Positions 46,265 to 58,660 of a stretch of 64,000 bases of DNA are shown here, in pieces. This DNA is from Heterodontus francisci (Eukaryota): positions 1,054,001-1,118,000 of the forward strand of contig NW_027140825.1 in assembly GCF_036365525.1 (NCBI RefSeq). The letters run 5' to 3'. The position numbers and the translations under genes were made by a program. Below the pieces are notes generated by a model. It was given only the letters and a program-made list of their open reading frames with translations. It did no database searches and had not been told where the DNA came from. The number at the start of each line of letters is the position of its first letter. Positions within the stretch are counted from its first letter, which is position 1.

Positions 46265-46865
46265 AGCAAAATAGTTAATAGGTAGAATGAGGTAGAAGTC
46301 GTGTTTCAGCTATACAGAGCCCTGGTTACACCACATCTGGAGTTCCTCTGAGCATTTATGGGCACCAGACATTAGGAAAGATATGCTGGTCTTGGGGCAA
46401 GTGTAGTGTAGATTAAACAGACTGATTCTTGGACGCCAAGGGTTAAATTGCAAGGAAAGATTACACATTTCCTATTCTTTGGAAAAGAGAAGGTTAAAGG
46501 GTGGTTTGAGCAAAGTTTTCAAGATATTAAGGGGAATGCATGATGTAGATAGAGAGAAACGATCTCCATTAGTTGTGCAGTCTAGATCTACGGGACAGAG
46601 TTTAAGAATTAGATTCAAAACTTTTCAGGCATGAAATTAGAAAACATCTTTTCACATAAAGGATGGTAGAAGTTTGGAACGCTCTTCTGCTGGAACAATT
46701 GTCAATTTTCAATCTCAAATTGATAGATTGTTGTTAACCACAGCTATTAAGGGATGATGGGGCAATGGGGGTAGATAGAGTTAGGTCACAGATCAGTCAT
46801 GATCACATTGATTGGCAGAACAGACTCGAGGGGCCGAATGGCCTACTCCTGCTCCTGTGTACCAA
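46265..46865 (+). mobile_element. Old CR1-type LINE 3' fragment
   Basis: Degenerate RT C-terminus and ggccgaatggcctactcctgctcc 3' end. Confidence 0.65.
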
Positions 46866-47886
46866 TGATCCTATATTACTGTAACTTTTATTTAAACATA
46901 GAGTCAGCATTCTGCTTCAGTTAGAGTGTCCCAAATTCTGACAACTCTGAGTGAAAAGGAATCTAGTAATTGTCCTTGTAGATCTTTTGTCAATGATTTT
47001 AAATATCTGACCTTTGTTTATTGACCCATCCACCAGTGGAAAGAATTTCCCCTTCAAGTATTTGTCCAGTCCCCCTTTTGAAAGTTACTATTGAGTCTGT
47101 TTCCACACCCTTTCAGGCAGCGCATTCCAGATAACAACACACCGCATAATTGTTTTATTCATCATATCACCCCTGTTTATTTCGTCAATTACATTAACTC
47201 TGTGTCCTTTGCTGACCAACGAGCATTGGAAATTGTTTCTGAGCACGTACTGTGTCCAAAGCCTTCATTGCTTTGGACACCTCTGTCAAATCCCCCCTTA
47301 CCTTTCTCTGCTCTAGTCTCTAGACGCAACTGAAGCCCCTCATCACTGGAACCAGTCGTATAAATCATTCGTGCAACCGCTCGAAGGCCTTGACATCCAT
47401 CCTAACATGTGACACTCACAATTCTCCAGCTGGGACCCAACCAACGATTCATCGAGGTTCAGCTTAACTCCCTTGCTCAACTCCTCGTCAATCCTTCATC
47501 AACGAAGGTGCTTTCCAGCTTCCTAAACTCTTTATTCTAAATCTATTTATCGGCAGGTATTTGTCCCTGTACCTCACTCCTATCATCAACTCGCATCACG
47601 CCGATTTAGCCACATTAGGGACTGGATTAGGCCGTTCAACCTCTGATATCCAAGGTACTCATCACATGTCGATTTCCACATGCACAATACGTCTCTCGTT
47701 CATTTCAGGAAATATTCCATATGGGGCTCGGAAGTAATGCATGGAGTCTGAACACGAATACAAGGTGTATGTTTATATATAAGGTCCTCAGATCCGCAAC
47801 TAGGTTTGAATAATTTTAAATTTCAACCAGACATCCCTCTGATTCCACTTTCCTTTGAAGAGCTAATTCGATTCTATATCACTTAC

Positions 47887-47938
47887 CTAAAACCATGAGT
47901 TTTGAACTGCCCCCAAAAGTATAACCATCGTTGCCTGA
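47887..47938 (-). pseudogene. TRBJ1-7, probably non-functional (SGNDGYTFGGSSKLMVL)
   Basis: FGGS; heptamer cGcaatg has lost the invariant CAC; donor gtaagt intact. Confidence 0.82.
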
Positions 47939-48678
47939 CGCAATGTTATACTGTTGTAACAGAACTTGCGTTTCTTCAACTCGATACACAATAGTTAATG
48001 AACATAGTTGGAACATTTTGTATTGTGTTATTTCATTATTCCACCCTATTGCTCTTTATCTTACATTCTGCTGCAATTGATCTCCTCGTCTCTGTCTCTT
48101 TTTTATTGTTTTAAATCCAATTTCCCATCTCCCTCCAGTTCTGTCTGCTGTTTTCTCTCCATCTGGAGTTAAGAAGAATGGGAGATGATCTTCTGGGAAA
48201 TTCTAAGGTTCTGAGGGCGCTTGACAGGGTAAAGGCTGAGAGAATGTTCCCATGTAGAATTAAAGGGCGCAGTTTCAGAATGAGGGGTCGCTCATTTAGG
48301 ACGGAGTGGAGGAGGAATTTCTTCTATCAGGGAGTCGTGAATCTTTGGAATTCCCTCCTCCACAGCCCTGTGGAGACTGAGTCCGTGAATGCATTCAAGA
48401 CTGAGATAGAGAGCGGAGCCAAGGATTATGGAGAACAGGTAGGAAAGAGGGATCGAGGCCAACATCAGATCAGCCATGATCTCTGGTTGCAAATTCCTCT
48501 CTCACCAGCCCTCCTCCAATCTCCTACATTTAGCTATTTACATTCTTGCTTCTTCAATGCAATGCTTACTCTTTTGCCTGTTTTCACATTCTCTCTCCTT
48601 TCTTTAAATTGAAGAGAGTAAACTAGTCGACGTTTTCAATGCTAGTAAGAGACGTATTTTGACTAACGTCTCACTTAC

Positions 48679-48736
48679 CCAGGACAGTTAATTTAGTGCC
48701 ATCTCCAAAATACATAGGTTGAATACCCCCTGCACC
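48679..48736 (-). CDS. TRBJ: TRBJ1-6 (GAGGIQPMYFGDGTKLTVL)
   Basis: RSS cacatca-12-acaaaaaca (48737-48764); donor gtaagt. Confidence 0.92.
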
Positions 48737-49080
48737 CACATCATCACCTCACATCACAAAAACATTCCCCAACTCTCTTTTGGAAGAAAATAAACTCACT
48801 GGGCCATTCCTTAATATTTGATAGTGGCCTCTGGTTAACGCAAGCTAACCGTAAGTTAATGTAAACTCGTGGACTAACCAGGCAGTTTGCAGTTATAGCT
48901 CTCAGAATTCCCAAGACTGTCTGCCCCGTCTCTATGTGGACCTGTTCGTCAGTTATCCACCGTAGCAGTCCTGACAATAGGAGATTTTCTCTAAGTCCCT
49001 CACAATTATTCATTCAATCCTTCTTGCAAGATGTTTACAGGTGACCCTTGCTTCATTGAAAACAAAGAAACTGAACTCAC

Positions 49081-49137
49081 CCAAAATCGTCAACGTGGAC
49101 CCGTCCCCAAAATGTAGCAGGTTGGTATACCCGCCCG
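49081..49137 (-). CDS. TRBJ: TRBJ1-5 (GGYTNLLHFGDGSTLTIL)
   Basis: RSS cactgca-12-accaaaata (49138-49165); donor gtgagt. Confidence 0.88.
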
Positions 49138-49348
49138 CACTGCACTAAACAACAATACCAAAATACAACGATGGGTAGACAGATGTATGGACAGACAAAT
49201 AGATAAGTAGATGGACAAACAGACAGACATATGGATCCACAGACCAACAAATAGATAGGTACATTGATAGATAAAGAAATAGAAAGACTTACAGATGAAA
49301 AGAGATGTTTACATATATAAATATCTACATGTGCAAACATAATCTTAC

Positions 49349-49398
49349 CTAAAACAGTGAGTTTAGTCCCAGCTCCGAAATAATAAATGTCACCAGAG
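49349..49398 (-). CDS. TRBJ: TRBJ1-4 (SGDIYYFGAGTKLTVL)
   Basis: RSS cacaatg-12-attaaaaca (49399-49426); donor gtaaga. Confidence 0.93.
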
Positions 49399-50907
49399 CA
49401 CAATGATAAACTCATGTATTAAAACATCACCTGTCTTTGAGTCCTTTTCCGAAGGAGCCCCTCATAATAAGGGAGAACCGACAAGTATAAGGAAATTTTG
49501 TCCAAAGGAACATAGCAACTGGGGAACAGGAGTAGACCATTCAGCCCTTCGTGCTTATTCCGACATTTAATTAGATTATAAATCAATGGTACCTTAACGC
49601 CTTCGACCTGCCTTCTTGGTTCCATAACCTTTCGCATCTTTGCCGATCAAAAAATCATCAACCACACATTTGAAATTTTCGACTGACTCCCTCAGCTTTC
49701 TGTGGGAGAGATTTCTGGATTCCACGGGGCATGTTGTAAACAGGTCCTTCTTGACATCACTCCTGAATGGTCAAGCTATCAGTTTAAGGTTTTGCTCTCT
49801 TGTTCTGGACCCGTCACACCAGAGGAGATATCAGATCCTATCATTATCTTAAACACATCAATTGGATCACTCCTGAATCTCCAATTCTCAATTTACTGCA
49901 ACCCTACTTTAAACAACACATCATCAGAAATTAAATTCTTTTAATACCGGTATTATCCTGGTGAATGAGGAAAGCTCATGAGGCCCTTGACACCTCATTG
50001 TCCACTGGATATGGATAGCTCACCAGTTCGATTAGTAACTTGAAAATAGTGTGTCTCAAAATAGTTTCATCCATTGCTGCTCGAGGCCAAGAGGGAATAT
50101 TTCGAATTGCAGAGAATTTACAACACACAAACAGGCCATTCAGCCCATCTGCTCCATACCAGTGTTTACACTCCACTTGAGACTCCTCTCATCCCCTTCA
50201 TTTAATCCAATTTTTTTTATCCAATCTACTTTTTTAAACCCACTCCTTGTGGTAGTGAGTTCCACATTCGCACCACTGTCTGGGTAAAGAAATTTCTCCT
50301 GAATTCCCCATTGAATTTATTACTGACTATCTGACATTTATGATCCCCCCGTTCTGGTCTCCCCACAAGTGGAAAAAACTTCTGTGTGTCTACCCTATCG
50401 AAACCGCTTTCAAAATCGTGCAGACGTCGACCAGGTCACCCCTCAAACTTCACTGCTCTCGAGAAAGGAGTCCCAGTCTGTCCGACATTCCCCAATAGTT
50501 ACAACTTCCCAGTTTGGGCAGCACAGTTGTTAATCTGTTCTGATTTACCTTATCCAGAGCCTCTACATCATTTATTTTATAATATGCAGACCAGAACTGC
50601 ATACTGAACGATGCAATCTGACATTTTTCCTTCTATGTCTGTGTCCTCTTGTTTTGCTCTCACAAGCGCAATCATTCTATTTGTATCTACATTACTGTTT
50701 GTTCTGTTTATTTTAGCGACCCTCCCTTATGTATCTACTCAAAACCCTTCCCGACAGTGAAACGAATTCGGCAGTTGTAGGTCTCCCCTTGTAAGCTGAA
50801 GAATTGAAATTAATTCACCAAATTTCTACATTTTCACCCCCTCGACCACCCCACGTGAATTCCCAAATTGAATCAACTTTTCCAGTGTTAGGAATGCATT
50901 CACTCAC

Positions 50908-50957
50908 CTAAAACCACCAGTTTGGTCCCATCTCCGAAATATGCTTCGTAATTGGAG
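50908..50957 (-). CDS. TRBJ: TRBJ1-3 (SNYEAYFGDGTKLVVL)
   Basis: RSS cacactg-12-cacaaaatc (50958-50985); donor gtgagt. Confidence 0.92.
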
Positions 50958-51571
50958 CACACTGGTATGGGGCTGTCACAAAATCCCCTTCAATCCCTCT
51001 CGACTGTTAAGTCTGTTCCATTGAAGTTCCTATTATGTCAATGACCGTAAAGGTCGGTGGAACATGGGGACAGAAGGTGACCGTTCAGCCCTTCGATCAG
51101 TTCGATCAAGGTTGATCTGAATCTTAACTCCATCAATCCGCCTTGGTTCTGTAACCCTCAATACTTTTGTTTTACACAGCTCTATCAATCTTGGATTTGT
51201 ATTTATCAATTGACCCTCAGTCTCAACTGATTGTTTTTTATGGGGTCGGGGTGGAATCCATCATTTCCACTAACCTTTGCATGAAGAAGTGCTTCCTGAT
51301 ATCATCCCTGAATGGCAATAATTTAAACTGTTCTGGACTCCCCGCAACCTGAGGAAGCAGTTTCTCTCTCTATCTATCCAACACCTCAAACCCCTCCATG
51401 ATATCAGCCCTTAAAATTCTATATTCGAGGGACTGTCAGCTTCGTCTGAGTAACCAGTCCTCATGAGTTAACCCTTTAATGTATCTAATATCTGAACATT
51501 ACTCCTGGTGCTTTTTTAACTGAACATAGATTCTGATCGATTGGAGGAACATAAATACATAGTCGCCTTAC

Positions 51572-51619
51572 CCAACACTGTCAACTTGGTCCCATCGCCA
51601 AAGTAAGCTATCTCTGCTG
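51572..51619 (-). CDS. TRBJ: TRBJ1-2 (AEIAYFGDGTKLTVL)
   Basis: RSS cacgatg-12-tcatgaaca (51620-51647); donor gtaagg. Confidence 0.92.
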
Positions 51620-51861
51620 CACGATGCTCTAAACTCAGTCATGAACAGACCCGGGAGATGTTCCCCTTGTAACTGAACGAGACAGGACGGGGTGGTTTAC
51701 AGACGAGGGTCATATTGGACTGGTCTTTGCAAACCAGAAAGAAGGGCCAGTGTCATCAGCCTGACTTTTTAAACCGCCCGCGGAGGGTTGGGGGGGAACA
51801 AGCTTGGAATGCAAACAGCTGGACATGAAGGGAGTGGGAAAAAAACGTCCCTTTTTCTTAC

Positions 51862-51912
51862 CTAACACCGTCAGTTTGGTGCCGGCCCCGAAGTTGAGTG
51901 GTGCGTTGTTAG
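51862..51912 (-). CDS. TRBJ: TRBJ1-1 (NNAPLNFGAGTKLTVL)
   Basis: RSS cacgtca-12-acatcaacc (51913-51940); donor gtaaga. Confidence 0.9.
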
Positions 51913-52437
51913 CACGTCAGCAGATCACGTTACATCAACCCGGTCGGAAACTGATTGCTAAAACTGACCTGCTCAGCATTTCGGAAGCACTGGTCAAGAT
52001 TATCAGGACGTACAAAGCAGCTTCCAGCCAATGAAGCAGTTTGTTTATGAAGTGGTCACCACAGGGAGACACAGCAACTGATATTGTACCAAGAAAGTCC
52101 CATCAAACAATAGTGAGATTAATGAGCAGATCATTGTTTGTGATGTTGGTTGAGGGATCAATATTGGTCCCAGGACACCAGGGTGGGGTTTAAAGGTTAA
52201 AGAGTAACCAGTTTCCACACAAATGACACACAGTTATTCTCTTTTCCAGAGGAATATTCTAGCTTATAAGGCTGGACCATTCTGAGACATCTTTATGATG
52301 AAAAGGGCCCAGTTCCCGCCATAATCCTGGGCCATGTTGACTCGTTCACTCTGTTGTCACTGCTCTTCTGCTGATCCTCCACCAGGTGTGTTGAACGAGG
52401 TTTTTGTACGGAGGTTGCATTGGATTTTATTACCGTG

Positions 52438-52450
52438 TCCCTGTTGTCCC
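52438..52450 (-). CDS. TRBD: TRBD1 (GGGACAACAGGGA)
   Basis: 5' 12-RSS cacagtg-12-acaaaaaag (52451-52478 on +); 3' 23-RSS cacggta-23-acaaaaacc (52437-52399); open in all three frames. Confidence 0.95.
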
Positions 52451-52596
52451 CACAGTGATAGACACTCATACAAAAAAGAGGAACGCGAAATTTACAAGTC
52501 CCCGCCGCTTAAACGGCTCCCGAGGCTTTCACCTGGTGATGGCAGTTGAGATTGAGGTGCTGAAATTTAGTTAGACCTTTGTAGCACAATTAAAGG

Positions 52597-53657
52597 GCAT
52601 TCAGCCCCTCTCAAATCTGTTTCACATGAACAGGAGGAGGACATTCAACCCCTCTCCAGTCTGTTACACAGGAACAGGAGGAGGACATTCAACCCCTCTC
52701 CAGTCTGTTACACAGGAACAGAAGGAGGACATTCAGCCCTTCTCGAGCTTGCTACACAGGAACAGGAGGAGGACATTCAGCACCTCTCCAGTCTGCTACA
52801 CAGGAACAGGAGGAGGACATTCAGCCCCTCTCGAGCCTGTTACACAGGAACAGGAGGAGGACATTCAGCCCCTCTCGAGCCTGTTACACAGGAACAGGAG
52901 GCGGACATTCAGCACCTCTCCAGTCTGTTACACAGGAACAGGAGGAGGACATTCAACCCCTCTCCAGTCTGTTACACAGGAACAGGAGGAGGACATTCAG
53001 CCCCTCTCCAGTCTGTTACACAGGAACAGGAGGAGGACATTCAGCCCCTCTCCAGTCTGTTACACAGGAACAGGAGGAGGACATTCAGCCCCTCTCCAGT
53101 GTGTTACACAGGAACAGAAGGAGGACATTCGGCCCCTCTCGAGCCTGTTACACAGGAACAGGAGGAGGACATTCAGCCCCTCTCGAGCCTGTTACACAGG
53201 AACAGGAGGAGGACATTCAGCCCCTCTCGAGCCTGTTACACAGGAACAGGAGGAGGTCATTCAGCCCCTCTCCAGTCTGTTGCACAGGAACAGGAGGAGG
53301 ACTTTCAGCCCCTCTCGAGCTTGTTACACAGGAAAAGGAGGAGGACTTTCAGCCCCTCTCCAGTCTGTTACACATGACCGGGAGGAGGACATTCAGCCCC
53401 TCTCCAGTCTATTACACAGGAACAGGAGGAGGACATTCAGCCCCGCTAGAGCCTGTTACACAGAAACAGGAGGAGGACATTCAGCCCCTCTCCAGTCTGT
53501 TACACGGGAACAGCAGGAGGACATTCAGCCCCTCTCGAGTCTGTTACACAGGAACAGGAGCGGGACAATCAGGCCCTTTGCAGTCTGTTACACAGGAACA
53601 GGAGGAGGACATTCAGCCCCTCTTGAATCTGTTACACCGGAACAGGAGGAGGCCATT
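52597..53657. repeat. 44-bp minisatellite (>=23 copies, runs into an N gap)
   Basis: Unit acacaggaacaggaggaggacattcagcccctctccagtctgtt; accounts for the spurious 554-aa ORF. Confidence 0.95.
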
Positions 53658-55114
53658 NNNNNNNNNNNNNNNNNNNNNNNNNNNNNNNNNNNNNNNNNNN
53701 NNNNNNNNNNNNNNNNNNNNNNNNNNNNNNNNNNNNNNNNNNNNNNNNNNNNNNNNNNNNNNNNNNNNNNNNNNNNNNNNNNNNNNNNNNNNNNNNNNNN
53801 NNNNNNNNNNNNNNNNNNNNNNNNNNNNNNNNNNNNNNNNNNNNNNNNNNNNNNNNNNNNNNNNNNNNNNNNNNNNNNNNNNNNNNNNNNNNNNNNNNNN
53901 NNNNNTCCCTCTCAATTCACCCCTTATCCCAATCCCTGCCTCCGTTCCTTGCCCTTTTCTTTACCTGCATTTTCCCTCCACAACCTGCAGGATCTCAGGA
54001 AGCACTGGCTACGGGTCCTCAAACAGAACACTCTTAATGTATACAGTAAATCGTGCACACTGCAATCTCTTAACCTATCACTCAGACAGTCCCAGGTCTG
54101 CCAAACCAGGGGTGTGCAAGTTCCCAGGTGTTCTGTTGCGGTGCTGTTATCATTTCAGCTGATCTGTCTGCACACCAACACCCAAAGCCCATGCACCTGG
54201 TCCTCAACTCTAACATTAAGGGTTTTACTCTTTTGTTCGGTTCTTATGCTGCTTGCTCTTCAGATGAAGGTAACGCGAGGTTCTGGTTGAAGAGGTTCAA
54301 CAAATGTCTAACAATAAAGGCGGACGTTGAATGAAGGATTGGGATATGGACACAAAACATTTTCAAAGAAAGGCGATTATGGAGTCATCAAAGTAAGTAT
54401 ATTTCCCTTTGTCCTTTTGCAAACATGGCACAAAGTAGGAATCCATTGCTGCTTCTAAATGTTCCCTGGACATTATAGAGCGATGAGAAGTCATGTTAAA
54501 CTTGTATAGAATCTAGCTTAGACCACAGTTAGAACACTTTTCCCAGTTCTGGTATTCATTTTAAAGAGCTATAGAGATACAGGAGAAGGGGCAAAAAAAT
54601 AATGACAAGGATGATATCAGAACTGAGAGGTTATAATTATCAGGAAGGGCTGTAAAGAGAAGGCTGAGGGGGTGATCTGATGGAGGGATTTAAGATTATG
54701 AAAGAGTTTTTGATAGGGTAGACGTGCAAAAGATGTCTTCACTTGTGGGGGAGTCAGGAACTCCGAACCATCAATAGAAAGATAGTCACTAATAAATAAA
54801 ATCGGCAATTCAGGAGAAACTTCTTTACCCAGAGAGTGGGAGGATGTAGGGAGTGGGATAAGGCGAATAGCGGAGATGTATTCAAGAGGGAATCTGGATA
54901 AACAAATGGGGGTGGGGCAGATTTGGAAGGATCTACTGATGGGGTGAGATGAAGACGGGAGCGAGGAAACTCGTGTGGAGGATGAACGCCAGCATGAATC
55001 TGTTGGGCCGAATGGCCTGCTTCTTTGCGATTTGCCTCAGGACACAGTCCAAGGGATAAAGTGTGTCTCACCTGAGAAGGCAGACAAGCCGCTGGTTTAA
55101 AATCTCAGGTGCAA

Positions 55115-55828
55115 ATTCAGCACTCCCTCTGTACTGACCCTCTGAGAGTGCAGCACTCCCACAGTACTGACCCTCGGACAGTGCAGCACTTCCTCAGTAC
55201 TGACCCTCTGACAGTGCAGCACTCCCTCAGTACTGACCCTCTGACAGTGCAGCACTCCCTCAGTACTGACCCTCTGACAGTGCAGCACTCCCTCAGTTCG
55301 GACACTCAGACAGTGCAGCACTCCCTCAGTACTGACCCACTGACAGTGCAGCACTCCCTCAGTACTGACCATCTGAGAGTGCAGCACTCCCTCAGTACTG
55401 CCCCTCTGACAGTGCAGCACTCCCTCAGTACTGACACTCTGACAGAGCAGCACTCCCTCAGTACTGACCCTCTGACAGTGCTGCAATTCCTCAGTACAGA
55501 CACTCTGACATGCAGCACTCCCTCAGTACAGACACTCTGCCAGTGCAGTGCTCCCTCAGTGCTGACCCTCTGACAGTGCAGCATTACCTCAGTACTAACC
55601 CTCTGACAGTGCAGCACTCCCTCAGTACTGACACTCTGACATGCAGCACTCCCTCAGTACTGACCCTCGGACAGTGCAGCACTCCCTCAGTGCTGACCAT
55701 CTGATGGTGCGGCACTCCCTCAGTACTGACGCTCCAACAGTGCAGCACTCCCTCAGTACTGACCCTCTGACAGTGCAGCACTCCATCAGTACTGACCCTC
55801 CAACAATGCAGCAAACCTCAGTACTGAA
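55115..55828. repeat. 33-bp minisatellite (~21 copies)
   Basis: Unit cagtgcagcactccctcagtactgaccctctga. Confidence 0.95.
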
Positions 55829-55857
55829 TTAACGAAATTGGCTGCATTGGCGATCGA

Positions 55858-55876
55858 TGGGCGGTAGGTGGCGCTA
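55858..55876 (+). promoter_or_regulatory. Candidate CTCF site
   Basis: tggGCGGTAGGTGGCGCTA resembles the CTCF core. Confidence 0.45.
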
Positions 55877-56837
55877 TTGCTCCGCTAATCCTAATCGCTT
55901 CTTCATTTCACAGCCGCTCCTTCCTCTGACAGCGACCTCAGGTCTGCCATTCCCTCCCAAAGCCCCTCCACATCTCTCTCCTCCAAATCTTCCCAGCTTT
56001 GGCCCACACCTCCGAACAATTTCTGCTGTAACTCTGTGTCAAATAGTTGGCAGATTTACGCTCTTCGGGCCGTTTATCTCGGGACGGTGAAGTCGGTATA
56101 TAAATGCAAATTGCAGCTGTTTAATTACACGCTCGTGCTGACCTGTGAACAGGAGGTTTGGGACTTGGAACATGTCTTCCAGAAACGGACTCTGTCGGCA
56201 GTTTCGCTTGACGTTTCTTCCACGGGGGGAGACGAATTAAACTCTGCATTCACAGAAAATTTGATTCGAATTTGTCACGACCGGGATTTCGCGTCCTGTT
56301 GCTATAGTTTTCAGCACTTGTATGTTGTCGCTTGATGTAACGTCCCCTTAAAATCTATCACCATCCTCCTCACGGTTCACAATACTGTAAAGTTTGCAAA
56401 TGTGCCCTGCACACCCAAGTCTATGTTATTAATATCGATCAAGACAAGCAGTGGTCCCTGGAGAACCCCACTATATGCCTTCCTTCAGACTGAACACCAA
56501 CTGTTTACCACTACTCTGTTCCATGTTGCTTTGTATCCATGTTGCTAATGCCCCTTTTATTGCATGGGCTTTATCTTTGCTGACAAGCCGGTTATGTAGT
56601 ACTTTATCAAACGCTTTTTTTGAAGTTCATGTACACCACATCAACCGCATTACCCTCATTAACCCTCTCTGTTACCTCATCAAAAAATGTGTATCCGACT
56701 CTTGGTTTCCTGATTAGTCTGCAGAGTGCTGGTTGTTTCAAAAGGCCATGCAGTATTCATCATCTCTACAGATGGGAGAACCTCAAAGCATCTTGTATGA
56801 CTGACCACTTCCTCTGATGTGTCTTTATATATCAGAC

Positions 56838-57150
56838 GTGGTTTAGTGGGGAGCACCTCGGCACTGAGTCAGAGGTTTGTGGGTTTAAGTCCCCGGAGCG
56901 AGATTTAAACATAAAATCGAGGCTGACACCCCCAGTGCAGGACAGAGGAAGTGCTGCACCGTGTGGAGGTGTAGCACCGAGGTACTCTCTTTATTTTGGC
57001 TGAGATGTTAAAACGAGGTCCCGACTGCAGATGGGAAGGATCTCACAGCCACTATTTCGGAGAATAACAGGGGAATTCTCGAGGGTTATCTGGGGCGATA
57101 GACATACCTGAACCAACTTTACCAAAACAGATTATCTGGTCATTCTCAGT
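56838..57150 (+). mobile_element. DeuSINE (SacSINE-like)
   Basis: tRNA-like head, then aggctgacacccccagtgcaggacagaggaagtgctgcac...gatgttaaaacgaggtccc. Confidence 0.65.
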
Positions 57151-57245
57151 TTCCACCAGGAGATGGCGCAGTACTCCGCAGATCTCGGAGCAGCAAATAG
57201 AATTCGAGCAGATGGAGAGACAATGAATTTCCATTCAGCGAGTGA

Positions 57246-57264
57246 TCGCGCCCTCTGGCGGCCG
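57246..57264 (-). promoter_or_regulatory. Candidate CTCF site (strong match)
   Basis: Minus strand CGGCCGCCAGAGGGCGCGA; a second motif CCAGGAGATGGCGCA lies on + at 57156-57170. Confidence 0.6.
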
Positions 57265-57984
57265 CAGAGTGAATACGATGAAGTCTGAATGATTTTCATC
57301 ACCGTTCACCATTTGGATCATTCATCTGGCGTTACCGAGTCGCAGCCAGAGTATGATCAATGCTACCTACTTCCAGTGACATGTAGGATTATTTATTGCC
57401 ATGTGCAAAGATGACCAGATGGTGACAAGTGGAGCGAAACTCCCCCCCTCCTCCCCCCCCCCCACCCCTCCGCTACCAGTATTGGATCGAAGATGCATCA
57501 GTTGGAATTCATTCCTGGTTATGTGCATTCACCTCACATTGAAATTTCGAGACAGGGTGCCGACCGGGAGTTTTATAACGCTGCTCGATCTTGGACCCTG
57601 CAAGTAAAGGGTTACTATCTTGTTGGCACATGGAAAAGACTTCTGATCTGCGTCCCTGCAATTTTGCTTCAATCATCAGAGAACACATCAGCTAAGGAAC
57701 TCACTTTCGACTCCACTGGCATAATGGAGGTTGGAAATGTGCACAGCATCTCGAATCCGTAAAGGCTGGAGGACATCTAAGCGTCAAGAGCCCATCAAAA
57801 GTCTTCCACTTTATAAAAGCTAAAGAAAAGAAATGACGGCCTGTTGTAGATTTCGGGAACGCCAATCCAATTTGAAAATATCTGGGGCTGTAGCAAAAGT
57901 GGTCGAGCAACAGGGTGAGTAATTTCAATAACAACATTCTTCCCTTTATTGATACTGCAAGAGGGACCCGTGTATATGAATGGG

Positions 57985-58660
57985 AGCAATTTTGCATCAA
58001 TGCACAGCAAGGAATTAGGAAGGCGAGTAACATGTTAGCTTTTATTGTAAGGCGTTTGAAACATAAGAGTAAGGAAATCTTTCTGCAGCAAGTTGGGACT
58101 TTGGTAACAACACACCTATAGTGTTGTGTAGAGTGTTGCTTTCCTCATCTACTGAAGCATGTATTTGCCTTACAGGAGGTTGCAACGAAGGTTCACTCAA
58201 TTGGTTCCTCGGAGGAGAAGGCTGCCCTATGAGGAGAAATTGAGGCAAATGGGCTGTTATTCTCTGGAAGAATCAGAGGTGAACCATTTGAAACGTACAA
58301 GATTATGAGTGGGTTTGACAGGGTACACACTGAGAGGCTGCTTCCCTCCTGGCTGGAGAACCTAGAAATAAGGGGTCGAATCTTCAGGATAAGGGGTCCA
58401 TCTATCGTACTTAGAGGAGGAGGAATGTCTTCACTCAGAGGGTTATGACTCTTTGGAATTCAGAGAGCTGTGGAATTCTCAGTCATTGAGAATATTGAAG
58501 ACATGAGATCCATAGATTTTAGGCACCAAGCGAATCCAGGGATGTAGGAATATGGCGGGAAAGTGGAGTAAAGGTAGCAGATCCTCACGATCTTCATTAC
58601 ATGGAGGAGCAGGTTCGACGGGCCGAATGGCTTACTCCTGCTCCTATTTTCTAATGTTCT
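57985..58660 (+). mobile_element. CR1-type LINE 3' fragment
   Basis: QQGIRKASNMLAFIVRRLKHKSKE remnant and ggccgaatggcttactcctgctcc 3' end. Confidence 0.72.

Noticed and set aside
52626-54290. 554-aa and 353-aa ORFs
   Set aside because: Translation of the 44-bp minisatellite plus an N gap.
55097-55832. Repetitive VLHCQRVSTEG ORFs, or a CRISPR-like array
   Set aside because: Head-to-tail 33-bp minisatellite with no unique spacers; vertebrate DNA with no cas genes.
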